A stretch of DNA of 63,775 nucleotides, filler included, from Octopus bimaculoides (taxonomy: Eukaryota): assembly GCF_001194135.2 (NCBI RefSeq). It is 3 parts of 3 records of this genome, joined end to end, with 100 filler letters (N's around TTAATTAATTAA, not from the genome) between each part and the next. Parts side by side here need not be neighbours in the genome. Positions count along the whole stretch, not along the records: positions 31,560 to 60,181 come from NC_068985.1; positions 60,282 to 63,775 come from NW_026394284.1; 1 more part is not named here. One strand, given 5' to 3'. The translations under genes and the position numbers were made by a program. A model generated the notes under the pieces. That model was given only the letters and a program-made list of their open reading frames with translations. It did not search any database and was not told the origin of the DNA. Of the stretch, positions 51,024-63,775 are shown piece after piece (position 1 is the stretch's first letter; each line of letters opens with the position of its first letter).

Positions 51024-51596
51024 NNNNNNNNNNNNNNNNNNNNNNNNNNNNNNNNNNNNNNNNNNNNNNNNNNNNNNNNNNNNNNNNNNNNNNNNNNNNN
51101 NNNNNNNNNNNNNNNNNNNNNNNNNNNNNNNNNNNNNNNNNNNNNNNNNNNNNNNNNNNNNNNNNNNNNNNNNNNNNNNNNNNNNNNNNNNNNNNNNNNN
51201 NNNNNNNNNNNNNNNNNNNNNNNNNNNNNNNNNNNNNNNNNNNNNNNNNNNNNNNNNNNNNNNNNNNNNNNNNNNNNNNNNNNNNNNNNNNNNNNNNNNN
51301 NNNNNNNNNNNNNNNNNNNNNNNNNNNNNNNNNNNNNNNNNNNNNNNNNNNNNNNNNNNNNNNNNNNNNNNNNNNNNNNNNNNNNNNNNNNNNNNNNNNN
51401 NNNNNNNNNNNNNNNNNNNNNNNNNNNNNNNNNNNNNNNNNNNNNNNNNNNNNNNNNNNNNNNNNNNNNNNNNNNNNNNNNNNNNNNNNNNNNNNNNNNN
51501 NNNNNNNNNNNNNNNNNNNNNNNNNNNNNNNNNNNNNNNNNNNNNNNNNNNNNNNNNNNNNNNNNNNNNNNNNNNNNNNNNNNNNNNNNNNNNNNN

Positions 51597-51644
<48 letters not shown>

Positions 51645-51980
51645 GCATATATATGCATGTATACATATACGCATATATATCACTTAGGTACTGCGAGTCT
51701 AAATAACCTGATGGAAAACTCAGTATACATATGCTTCAGGACAAAGTATTACAGAGTGGTAATAAGAAAATAAGATGAAAAAGAAGAAATGACTACCTTA
51801 TGAACTTCATCAGCTTACAGCTGCTGCTGCTATATATATGTATTTCTTTTCCCCAAATAAATTGTACTTCATATTCGAAGCTCCTATGAAGCTATAAGGT
51901 ATTAGTGCAGCCTATGGCAGAAACATCTGTAAGCCAGTGAAGTTCGTAAGATAATCGTTTATTCCTTTCTCATCACATTT

Positions 51981-52070
<90 letters not shown>

Positions 52071-52810
52071 ATATGTTCTCTGCTACTATAATGATTTGTT
52101 CTCCTCGGAGCACTTGGACACTACCTATGAGCTAATCCCACAATTGGTGCATCACCGACCCCACCTTTCTGCCTTTCCTCAAACTACTATGTCTAGAACA
52201 TCGGCCCTGTGTAATCTCCTTTTTGCTCATCTCATTCTTGCTGGTGTTGACCAGTAACAGTTTAAAAGAAACGTTGACAAAATCACCCTCAGTGGCGTAG
52301 GAGTGCATGAAAGTGTCAGTGTGTGTGTGTGTGTGTACCTGTTTGTTTGTGTTCGGAATTTCACTAAAATATGAAAGCAGTAAAACGGTTTTTATAAAAA
52401 AATTTAACCGATAAAAAGCCCAACAACATGGTAGCTATACAAAGTATTGTACGCTTGATAGTATATCTATACTTATAACCGATATTGCACGTGTAATTAA
52501 CTAAAGTGCATCAGTGAAAATTTATCAGCTGTTATACACACTTACACACACACACATACACACACACTTACACACACACACACACACACACACACACTTA
52601 CACACACATATATATGTAATTTCATCTTAGACAGTTATGGGTGACTTTTCTGATTCTGATGAGGTCTATAAAAGGACTGACACTAGACGGACTTCACTGT
52701 CTTTTTCTAATCAAGAAATAAATTGTCTGCTAATTACACTCACAGTGTCAGTTTAAATCTGACGCCTCTCTATCTGACTATCTGGCTATCTACACGCGCG
52801 ACGCACTCAT

Positions 52811-52874
<64 letters not shown>

Positions 52875-53291
52875 TTGTAGAAACCTTTTTGCTTGTTTGT
52901 TTGTTTGACTGAATGAGTTCGTTTGTTTGCATGTTCTTTGTCTGTTTGTTTGTTTGCTTGTTTGTTTGTTTGCTTGTTTGTTTGTTTGTTTGTTTGTTTG
53001 TTTGTTTGTTTGTTTCTTTCTTTCTTTCTTTCTGATCTCTGAAAGCTTCGGTTCGCTAAATGCCCGTCAGATGTCGCTTATCGAGGCGGAACGTTATGTT
53101 AAAAAGATCGCTGATTCGTTAAGATGCTTATCTGAACAAGTTCTAGCCCTGTTAGTCCATCGTTACACTTGTTCACTACTGGCTGTCAGTTCTGCTTCTT
53201 CGCTTGCATAACTACGAGATGCGTAATAATAGAAACATGTGCATTCGCCAGAAAATGTCAGTAGAGTTTAACCGTAAAGAGAGAGAGAGAG

Positions 53292-53329
<38 letters not shown>

Positions 53330-53649
53330 TGAGAAGAAAAGGAAAAGAGATAGAGGGATAGAGAGAGAGAAAGGAAAAGAGAGATATGTTATAGTTCTTT
53401 TAACAAGTCACTGGTATGCTAAACAACACTTTAGCTTTGTATAGTCTACTAAAATGATACATTCGTGCATATTTAAGCGAGTAGCATCGCGTTAAAGCAA
53501 TACAGAATAAGTCTGGTTATTATTTTGGATCTAACAATGTCTTGAAGTTCCTTCTTTGTCTTGTTCGGCCATTGTTGTTCTACGGCAGTGATTTGAAAGG
53601 TGGGGAGCACGCAGCACAAGAAGTGGAGCGTAAGTAGTTTATAAATGAA

Positions 53650-53900
53650 GACGTGTAGCCTAGTGGTTAGCGCGTTTCATTCACAATTGTAACGTCGTGG
53701 TTTCGATTCCCGGACCGGGTGATGCGTTGTGTCCTTGAGCGGAACGCGTCATTTTATGTTACTCCAGTTCACCCAGCCGTAAACGAGCAAACTTGTGACG
53801 AAGTGACTTCCCGTTTTGCGGGTATGTTGGAATGCGGGTCATTTATGCGCCTTGGAAAGCCGGTAAGAGGCCAGATGAATCTTCTAGGACTCGTAATACA
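53650..53900 (+). mobile_element. tRNA-derived SINE (family C-like)
   Basis: gtgtagcctagtggttagcgcg...ggtttcgattcccggaccgg followed by gttgtgtccttgagc...ctccagttcac.cagc.gta. Confidence 0.7.
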
Positions 53901-54716
53901 GCAAATGAAATTATATATANNNNNNNNNNNNNNNNNNNNNNNNNNNNNNNNNNNNNNNNNNNNNNNNNNNNNNNNNNNNNNNNNNNNNNNNNNNNNNNNN
54001 NNNNNNNNNNNNNNNNNNNNNNNNNNNNNNNNNNNNNNNNNNNNNNNNNNNNNNNNNNNNNNNNNNNNNNNNNNNNNNNNNNNNNNNNNNNNNNNNNNNN
54101 NNNNNNNNNNNNNNNNNNNNNNNNNNNNNNNNNNNNNNNNNNNNNNNNNNNNNNNNNNNNNNNNNNNNNNNNNNNNNNNNNNNNNNNNNNNNNNNNNNNN
54201 NNNNNNNNNNNNNNNNNNNNNNNNNNNNNNNNNNNNNNNNNNNNNNNNNNNNNNNNNNNNNNNNNNNNNNNNNNNNNNNNNNNNNNNNNNNNNNNNNNNN
54301 NNNNNNNNNNNNNNNNNNNNNNNNNNNNNNNNNNNNNNNNNNNNNNNNNNNNNNNNNNNNNNNNNNNNNNNNNNNNNNNNNNNNNNNNNNNNNNNNNNNN
54401 NNNNNNNNNNNNNNNNNNNNNNNNNNNNNNNNNNNNNNNNNNNNNNNNNNNNNNNNNNNNNNNNNNNNNNNNNNNNNNNNNNNNNNNNNNNNNNNNNNNN
54501 NNNNNNNNNNNNNNNNNNNNNNNNNNNNNNNNNNNNNNNNNNNNNNNNNNNNNNNNNNNNNNNNNNNNNNNNNNNNNNNNNNNNNNNNNNNNNNNNNNNN
54601 NNNNNNNNNNNNNNNNNNNNNNNNNNNNNNNNNNNNNNNNNNNNNNNNNNNNNNNNNNNNNNNNNNNNNNNNNNNNNNNNNNNNNNNNNNNNNNNNNNNN
54701 NNNNNNNNNNNNNNNN

Positions 54717-54787
<71 letters not shown>

Positions 54788-55466
54788 TTTATTTAAAAGC
54801 AGAAGAAATATAACAAAAAAGCCGTTACTCTGAGTTTCACGTTCTCGTTCATCGGACAGTTTTGTTGCACATTTCATGTGCTTACTCCGGTATATATATA
54901 TATATATATGTATGTATATATATGTATATGTATATATATGAAGTAAGTAATAAATGAATAACTTCTGCAAGGAGTTTTAATTAAAACTTCTCAATTGAAT
55001 GTATATGTGCGCATGTTTCTGTGTGTGCATAGTCATACATACACATACACACACACAGACACACACACACACACACACATGTATACATATGTATGTACTA
55101 TACACACACACAAATAATATTTTATGAGTGCATACACGTTTTTATGTATGTATCTATCGATGGGTGGGTGTATCGATAATAAATGCATGTATATCTTTTA
55201 TCTTTTATTTCTTTCAGCCATTGGACTGCGGCCACACTGGGGCACGGACTTGAAGGGTTTAGTCGAACAAATCGACTATAGTACATTTTGTTAAAAGCCT
55301 GGTACTTATTCTATCGGTATCGAACTGCTATGTAACGAGGACTTATTCAAACCAACACCGGTTGTCAAGGAGTGGTGGAGGACAAACACAGACACACGTA
55401 CACAAGGACATATATGTACCTCTGTGTGTGTGTATGTTTGTGTATGTGTGTACGTACGCGCGCGTG

Positions 55467-55504
<38 letters not shown>

Positions 55505-55547
55505 TGGATACGTCTCTGTACACACACATCCACACACACACACATAC

Positions 55548-55580
<33 letters not shown>

Positions 55581-55852
55581 NNNNNNNNNNNNNNNNNNNN
55601 NNNNNNNNNNNNNNNNNNNNNNNNNNNNNNNNNNNNNNNNNNNNNNNNNNNNNNNNNNNNNNNNNNNNNNNNNNNNNNNNNNNNNNNNNNNNNNNNNNNN
55701 NNNNNNNNNNNNNNNNNNNNNNNNNNNNNNNNNNNNNNNNNNNNNNNNNNNNNNNNNNNNNNNNNNNNNNNNNNNNNNNNNNNNNNNNNNNNNNNNNNNN
55801 NNNNNNNCATGTAGTTGGGAAGCAAATTTCCCATATCAGCCTGCGTCTTAGA

Positions 55853-55922
<70 letters not shown>

Positions 55923-55923
55923 A

Positions 55924-55957
<34 letters not shown>

Positions 55958-56973
55958 CACGATATTATAAACACATACATACATACATACATACACACTA
56001 CATACATATACATACATATATAGATTAATATATCGGTAGAATATTTAGTTAAGCATGCCTATATGTACAAATGGTTATCTCTTCATGTATGCACATATAA
56101 ATCGTACGCATATATATATATATATATACACAAATACATATACGTGCACACAGAAGTATATATACACATATATATAAACACATATCCATACAGACTTACA
56201 TATGTTCCTACCTACTCACAAATATAATCTTATACATCCCACTATGCATACCTACCGACATACGTGGCTGTCACAAGGACGTCCAGTCCCACTGCGTGGC
56301 ACCTTGGGTGTCTTCTTCTATTGCCTCGGGTCGACCAAAGCCCGAGTCTAGAGAAGATTCCGTAGACGGAAATTGAAAATAGCCTGTCATATATATGTGT
56401 GTGTGTGTGTGTGTGTGTATGTGTGTGTGTGTGTGTGTGTATGTGGGTGTATGTTTGTGTGTGTGTCTTTGAGTCTGTGTTTGTTCCCCACCACCATTGT
56501 TTGACAACCGATGCTGGTGTGTTTACGTCCCTGTAGCTTGGCGATTCGGCAAAAGTGATTGATAGAATAAGCACCAGGTTTACAAAGAATAAGTCCGGGC
56601 TCGATTTATTCGACTAAAAGACGGTGCTCCAGCATGGCTATAGTCAAATGACTGAAAGAAGCAAAAATAAAAGAATAAAAGAATACGTACCTATTTACAT
56701 TCATATATATGTACACCTACATACTAATATACATACAAAAATATATATACGCATACATATATACATACATACAAACATACACACATACATACATACATAT
56801 ACGTATACGTATCTATCTACCTACATACACATGCACCGACATACATACATGTATATATACATTCTATGTATACACACTAACAATACAAACTGACGTATAT
56901 ACCTACTTATATACATACATTTATACATAAATCCATGCGTCCATGCATACATAGAGACTTTCAAATACACGCA

Positions 56974-57063
<90 letters not shown>

Positions 57064-57525
57064 CATACACATGCATACATACATTCACGCCAACATATAT
57101 TCGTCAATACACACCTAGATATACATACATATACACCTACGTACATATAGACATACATATATACATATATACACACCTATGTACGTATGCACATATATAC
57201 CAACATGCATATATATTTATATACTTACACACACACACACACATACATACGTCTCTTACTTTCACTATAATTTATTGTTTTTCTTTTAACCTTGTATAAA
57301 CATACTTATAAACGCATGTACACCGACACACGCTGAAACACGTCTCACACACGCGCACAGACTGACACACACTGACATACACACACACACACTAACTCAC
57401 AAAATATACGCATAGAAACAAACACACATACATTCCCTCTTATACACACCCACAAATATATGCATAGATAGCGAAAGAAAAACGATAAAGGGCAAATTGC
57501 GAGAGTTACGAAAAGCGAGAAAGAT

Positions 57526-57630
<105 letters not shown>

Positions 57631-57696
57631 GAGAAGAAATACAAAGAGAGTGAAGGAGAAAAAGATAGCAAGAGAGAGTGAAGGAGAAAAAGATAG

Positions 57697-57736
<40 letters not shown>

Positions 57737-57910
57737 ATCGAGCTATAGACAAATAGTCCGGCAGACGAAGGGTGGGTAAGGATTGAAAATAAGTGTGAGA
57801 GAAGACATAACAATCATCTGGTAAGTTAATCTTCATTTTAAAACTGTTATTTCTTCGAACCTTCCCCAGCTACGACAACAACGACAACAACAACAGCAAC
57901 AACAACAAAA

Positions 57911-57981
<71 letters not shown>

Positions 57982-59008
57982 AGTAACGACAGCGGTGACG
58001 ACGACGCCAGCTCTCCCTACAAAAACTGAATAAATAACTGGTAATTGTAGTTTCACGGAATTGGACAATGTAAACATCCCAGAAGGTCTCTCAGTTGATC
58101 ATGTTGGACCAATTTGTTGTCTAAAAATCTATTCATGCGAAAGTTGTTAGGGCGGAGGAGAATGGTTTCTTGTTTGTAAAACAATCTTTTTCAATATTTC
58201 TACACTTGGTGTCTTTCAGCTATCACTCCTTCGTCCACATTTGTTACTTCGTACCAAGTGACAGTTTATATATATCTTAACAAACTCAAATTTAATACCG
58301 TTTGACTTTTTTTCTTTCTTTCTTTTAGCACCATAACACAATGTACAATTAAGAACTACAGACGGCTGAGCAATATTAGAAAAAAAAAAAAGGAAACAAA
58401 AATAAGAAAAGAACTTAGGATGGATTGAAAAGAGAAAATTGAAAAATGGAAAAAAAAAATTACAACCACTGATTTCCCATCCAATGATGTGTACCTCTAC
58501 CCGTCTCTCTTATTAAATATTTCTCTGTGTTGATTGATCTCTGGTTTTCTGAACTCGCTCACTGTACGCAACCCGTAAGAATGTTCTCTCCCCGCTTCTT
58601 CAAGTCATCTACTTCAACGAATTCTATTGCATGGACCCCGGTTCTTAACGCTTTACCACTTTTCTCTTCCCTGAAAACGGCATTCCACTTCCGAACTTCT
58701 TTGTCTCTTAAAAAACATTTTTTTGTAATTTTAAACTTCGAACTAAATATCAGTCATTTGTTGTTGGTTAGCTACAGATGAACACTCATCCAGTAGAGCG
58801 GTGATCATAGGTATACCAACCAGGACCATCCAATATTTTATTCAGGATCATAGGCGCCGGCGTGGCTGTGTGGTAAGAAGTTTGCTTCCCAACCACATGG
58901 TTTCGGGTTCAGTTCCAATTTGACCAAGTGTCTTCTACTACGGCTCCGGCCTGACCAAAATCTTGCACGTGGGTTCAGTAGACAGAAACTGAAAGAAATC
59001 TGTTGTGT

Positions 59009-59092
<84 letters not shown>

Positions 59093-59138
59093 ACACACAC
59101 ACACATTTGCGGTTCGGCTGAAGAGTCAGTAGAATAAA

Positions 59139-59262
59139 TATAGATGTTTTCGATCTAGTTTGGATTCTTTGCCATCAAATTTGAATTCTTTGCCATCAAA
59201 TCTGAATTCTTTGCAATCAAATTTGATGGCAAAAAGTCCAAGCTAGAGCGAAAACATCTATA
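59139..59262. mobile_element. Small palindromic MITE with an internal triplicated 21-bp unit
   Basis: TATAGATGTTTTCG.TCTAG ... CTAGAGCGAAAACATCTATA; ATTCTTTGC(C/A)ATCAAAT(T/C)TGA three times; inserted in a family A SINE. Confidence 0.75.
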
Positions 59263-60022
59263 ACAGGTTTTAAAAAAATAAGTGCTGGGGCCGATCCATT
59301 CGGCTAAAACCCTTCAAGACAGTATACATAAACAGCATCAAAGAGAATAACTAATACGAGACTATCTCTAGTAAGTTCAGAAGTGTGAAAACAATCCTCA
59401 ACCATGAGTTTAATGAAAGATTAGGTTGGAAATTTTGTAAACGTTTCCGAATATAAAAGACATTTAAAAAAGTCTGGGGATCACAATGGACGAAATATAC
59501 TAGTCATTATAACCAAAAGGATCACACCAGTCTTTATTCTACTCTGATATATTCGGACATTAGTCTGAACATATCAGTATCGAATAGCAAATTACAATTG
59601 AAGAATCTAAAAGAAACGCTTGAAAATGTTATTCACATCATAAACTTCATACTTCCAGAGACCAAAGCAATCTTTAGGGCGGCTATTGATTTACTAGAAA
59701 TAGAAGCTAATTATATATCTAACTAAATTTTGGATGGAAATCGTCTCAGCTAGAACACTTAGGGCAATATGTCACTGGATCAAATCTTACCGGAGTGTAA
59801 ATAACAAGAATCCAGATGCCTGGTATGCTTTCATTTCCTCGGAGACTAGAATACGTTTCAATCTGAATTGAAAATATTGAAATCTAGCTGTGTTAAATAT
59901 CTCATAAATATCTCTTATGTGCTCCCTTTCACACAAATACACACATATTGTACAACTTCACAACCCGTTGACTGAACACTATTCAATTTTTTTTCTCCGT
60001 GTTTTTCTCCTTGTCTCCGTAT

Positions 60023-60059
60023 TCTTTCTGTTGAAGAGCGTAGCTCGAAACGTCAAAGA
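60023..60059 (+). ncRNA. Minimal hammerhead-like motif with variant core
   Basis: TCTTT-CTGTTGA-A-GAGC(GTA)GCTC-GAAAC-GTC-AAAGA: stem I 5 bp, stem II 4 bp, ACGT palindrome, GUC triplet; core position 6 is not A and there is one extra A. Confidence 0.45.
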
Positions 60060-60148
60060 CTTTCCGTATTCCCGAGCGTCATACTAATACATCCTTTTGT
60101 TATTTACACCACCTGTCCTCGTCTGTTGTTGTTTTTTCGTACATTCTC

Positions 60149-60181
<33 letters not shown>

Positions 60182-60289
60182 NNNNNNNNNNNNNNNNNNN
60201 NNNNNNNNNNNNNNNNNNNNNNNNNTTAATTAATTAANNNNNNNNNNNNNNNNNNNNNNNNNNNNNNNNNNNNNNNNNNNNGTGTGTGT

Positions 60290-60327
<38 letters not shown>

Positions 60328-60362
60328 ATATTTTATAATTCATATTTAATAATTATTTTCAG

Positions 60363-60627
60363 ATGTTTTTCTGGTTTTGCTAAGGATAGGAACTGGAAAG
60401 AGAATGCTGAGATTCTGAAGAACGCTGTGCCCAAGGATTCTTACGATAGTTCCCATTACTACATCGCTGGATACAACAGCCCTTTCAAGTTGTTCAATCG
60501 GCACAACGAGGTGTGGCTGCCAGTCAAACACCACGAAAACCACCACGACCAAGCACAACAACAGCAGCAACCCGAACAACAACAACAACAACAAGAGGAA
60601 GAAGTGAAACAAGCTGAAGAAAAATAG
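60363..60627 (+). CDS. SOUL / heme-binding protein 2-like, terminal exon
   Basis: attattttcag|A TGT...; (R)CFSGFAKDRNWKENAEILKNAV...YYIAGYNSPFKLFNRHNEVW matches the SOUL C-terminal signature AGY.SP....RHNEVW; stop TAG at 60625-60627. Confidence 0.88.
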
Positions 60628-61197
60628 ACAAAAAAATTTAAACATATATATATATATATGCGTGTGTGTGTGTGTGTGTGTGAGTGTATATATATATATA
60701 ATAGCACAATTGGGCTGCGGTTCACTACAGCTGTTTCAGAAGTGCTTTTTTTATTACTCTTTTTACTTTCTTTTACTTGTTTCAGTCATTTGACTGCGGC
60801 CATGCTAGACCACCGCCATTTTAGTCGAGCAAATCGACCCCCTGGACATATTCTTTGTAAGCCTAGTACTTATTCTATCGGTCTCTTTTGCCAAACCGCT
60901 AAGTTACGGGGACGTAAAGACACCAGCATCGGTTGTCAAGCGATGTTAGGGGGGGGGGGGACAAACACTGACACACAAACATATACACACACACATACAT
61001 ATACATATATATACATGTATACGACGTGCTTCTTTCAGTTTCTGTTTACCAAATCCACTCACAAGGCTTTGGTCGGCCCGAGGCTATAGTAGAAGACACT
61101 TGCCCAAGGTGCCACGCAGTGGGACTGAACCCGGAGCCATGTGGTCGGTAAGCAAGCTACTTACCACACAGCCACTCCTATNNNNNNNNNNNNNNNN

Positions 61198-61535
61198 TGG
61201 ACATATTCTTTGTAAGCCTAGTACTTATTCTATCGGTCTCTTTTGCCAAACCGCTAAGTTACGGGGACGTAAAGACACCAGCATCGGTTGTCAAGCGATG
61301 TTAGGGGGGGGGGGGACAAACACTGACACACAAACATATACACACACACATACATATACATATATATACATGTATACGACGTGCTTCTTTCAGTTTCTGT
61401 TTACCAAATCCACTCACAAGGCTTTGGTCGGCCCGAGGCTATAGTAGAAGACACTTGCCCAAGGTGCCACGCAGTGGGACTGAACCCGGAGCCATGTGGT
61501 CGGTAAGCAAGCTACTTACCACACAGCCACTCCTA
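61198..61535. other. Probable false duplication across a short gap
   Basis: Apparently identical to 60843-61180, separated only by a 16-N gap. Confidence 0.85.
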
Positions 61536-62311
61536 TGCTTGATGAATGTAAAAAAAAAATCATTTTTTCGAGTAAATTTAGGGTAAAATTTAACATTTAG
61601 GATTTTTCACTCAAATACTATATGGTGTGTATTGACATTCATCTCGATACCAGTTGAGGGATTAAATAGGTATGCTGTCCCCGATTCTACCTTGGTGCCT
61701 TTCTTATTAAAATACTTTGATTCTATTAGATCCTGAAAATTCTATATATATATATTAGTATATACTCTCTAACTATGGAAGAAATTTTGAGAAATGATGA
61801 GTGGGAGGAGAAGAAGAGGAGAGACAGTAGAAAGAGACAGAGGGAGAAATGAGGGGATATATTTTTGCTCATGCTGGAACACTTTTTTTATGAGTTTAGC
61901 CATTTGTTTCTGTCAAGGCCACTTCGTGGTTAACATCTCATATCTTAATCCCCACTGTACCACTCTCTCTCTCCTTCTCTCTTTCCCTATCTCTCTCCCT
62001 CTATATATACATATACATACACACATACACTCACACATACACACATACACTCACACATACACACATACACATACATATATATATATATGAGTTTGTATGA
62101 ATGTGTATAGAGGGATATTATTAATCAATGATATTCTAACTCCGATTTTCACGTTTTATTGTTTTCAATTTTTTACAATTTTACAATATTGAAATAAACT
62201 AATAATATACTAGTATATTGAAATGAACGTTGTCAATTATAGAATACGACTGTCAGCACATAAACCTGATGATTGCGTAACACATGAAAGTTCTAGTTGG
62301 AATTTCATTGA

Positions 62312-62347
<36 letters not shown>

Positions 62348-63377
62348 TAGAAAGAATTATAATCCAAGCTGTGTCCTCAAAAATCACATCCGCATGTTCC
62401 AATATTATTTTTGAATTTTTGAAAAATTACGAATAGGTTATTCTATATATGCTTTCCTCTACATGTATACTTTTGTAACTCCTATCCAGTAATGAAATAT
62501 GTGTAACGTGCAATTAAAAATAAACCAAATTTTTTCCAGTCTTCTGTTTTGAGATATATATATATATATATATTAGGGGGGGTGTTGAAAAGTCTTTAGG
62601 TTTGTATAAAGGAAAATACAGGAGGATCCGTTAATTAGGATTTTATTTAGCATATTCCCCTCTCAGATTCACACACTTATTGCAACAGTCCTTCAGTTTT
62701 TCTAAACCCTGTAATGTAGTCGATGGTTATGGCCAGTCAGGATATTACCGTAGGTTTCACACGTAACTTAGCATCATAAATGACCTGTCAGGCCTGCTGG
62801 CCTAATAATGGATGCAAACCACTGGTAACTTCCTGACCAGCCATAACCGATGATTACAATAAATATTACTGCTCAAAAAAATCTTAGAGTGTACTTTCTA
62901 TCGAAATTATGACTGAAATATGTAATACAAATAAATAAACACAACGGGCTTCTACGCAGTCTCCATCTTACAAGTCCGCTCACAACGCATTGGACGGTCT
63001 GGGTCGGGTCTATAGCAGAAAATACTTACTTGCCCAAGGCGGCGCGTAGTGAGACCGAACCCGACAACATGCGGCTGCAAAGCAAGCTTCTTAACTGCGA
63101 CAGACAACCATAGACGGAGTAACAGAGGATAGCGCGAAAGAACATTGACACATGAGTAATAGTACGGATTTTTGTACAGTAAATTAGCAGCGCTTGTAAG
63201 GAATGTTTTGAGGGAAGAGAAGAACAAAGGAGACGTTGTGAACGGGAGGAGGAGGAGGAGGATGAAACACCACCCCCCACTCAAAACACACACGCATACA
63301 TACATATGTATGCATATATACATTATTTATATAAATATATATATATATACATATATATACATATATACATATATATG

Positions 63378-63424
<47 letters not shown>

Positions 63425-63620
63425 GTATATATATTTATGTATGTATGTATACATATATATGTGTGTGTGTGTGTGTTTATGTACGTATATATAAATATAT
63501 ATGCATACATATATGTATAAATGTATGTATATGTATAAATTTCTCTCTCTCTCACTGTGCATATATACATACATAAACATACACATATATATATATATAT
63601 TTACATATACATACACACCC

Positions 63621-63696
<76 letters not shown>

Positions 63697-63775
63697 ATAG
63701 GATGGACAACAAAAGAAAGATACCTCGACATTATGTAAATAGAGGAATTTATCTGAATTTATCTTATATATATAT

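Noticed and set aside
53545-53634. Possible upstream SOUL exon ending GAGC|gtaagt
   Set aside because: No frame gives SOUL-like sequence and there is no clear acceptor.
58527-59950. Protein-looking stretches at about 58560-58740 (-) and 59300-59950 (+)
   Set aside because: Stops in all frames and no recognisable family.
60843-61535. Tandem SINE duplication; also the short repeat around the gap at about 35345-35442
   Set aside because: Identical sequence on both sides of a short N gap is typical of unmerged contig overlaps.

Overview
AT-rich, microsatellite- and transposon-dense animal genomic DNA with many N gaps. The SINE/LINE repertoire suggests a coleoid cephalopod such as Octopus (inference). 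Host genes: the last three coding exons of mitochondrial phenylalanine-tRNA ligase FARS2 (+; 2178-2309, 6189-6349, 11037-11321) and the terminal exon of a SOUL/heme-binding protein (+; 60363-60627) with an unusual His/Gln/Glu tail. Most of the rest is mobile DNA: tRNA-derived SINEs, RTE LINE pieces (one with a PHD-type finger), an R4/Dong-type RLE LINE stacked in an (AAT)n array, a decayed Penelope-like element, two solo LTRs and an internally deleted gypsy-like element with a tRNA-Leu PBS (all three with 4-bp TSDs), mariner remnants, and piggyBac/hAT MITEs. The most notable hidden features are several dispersed hammerhead-ribozyme-like motifs of the minimal, palindromic-stem-III Penelope type, and an apparent CpG-decay boundary near 31-32 kb. 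No CRISPR array or genuine tRNA/rRNA gene was found. Gene exon, TSD and motif coordinates were counted by hand; outer boundaries of decayed repeats are approximate.
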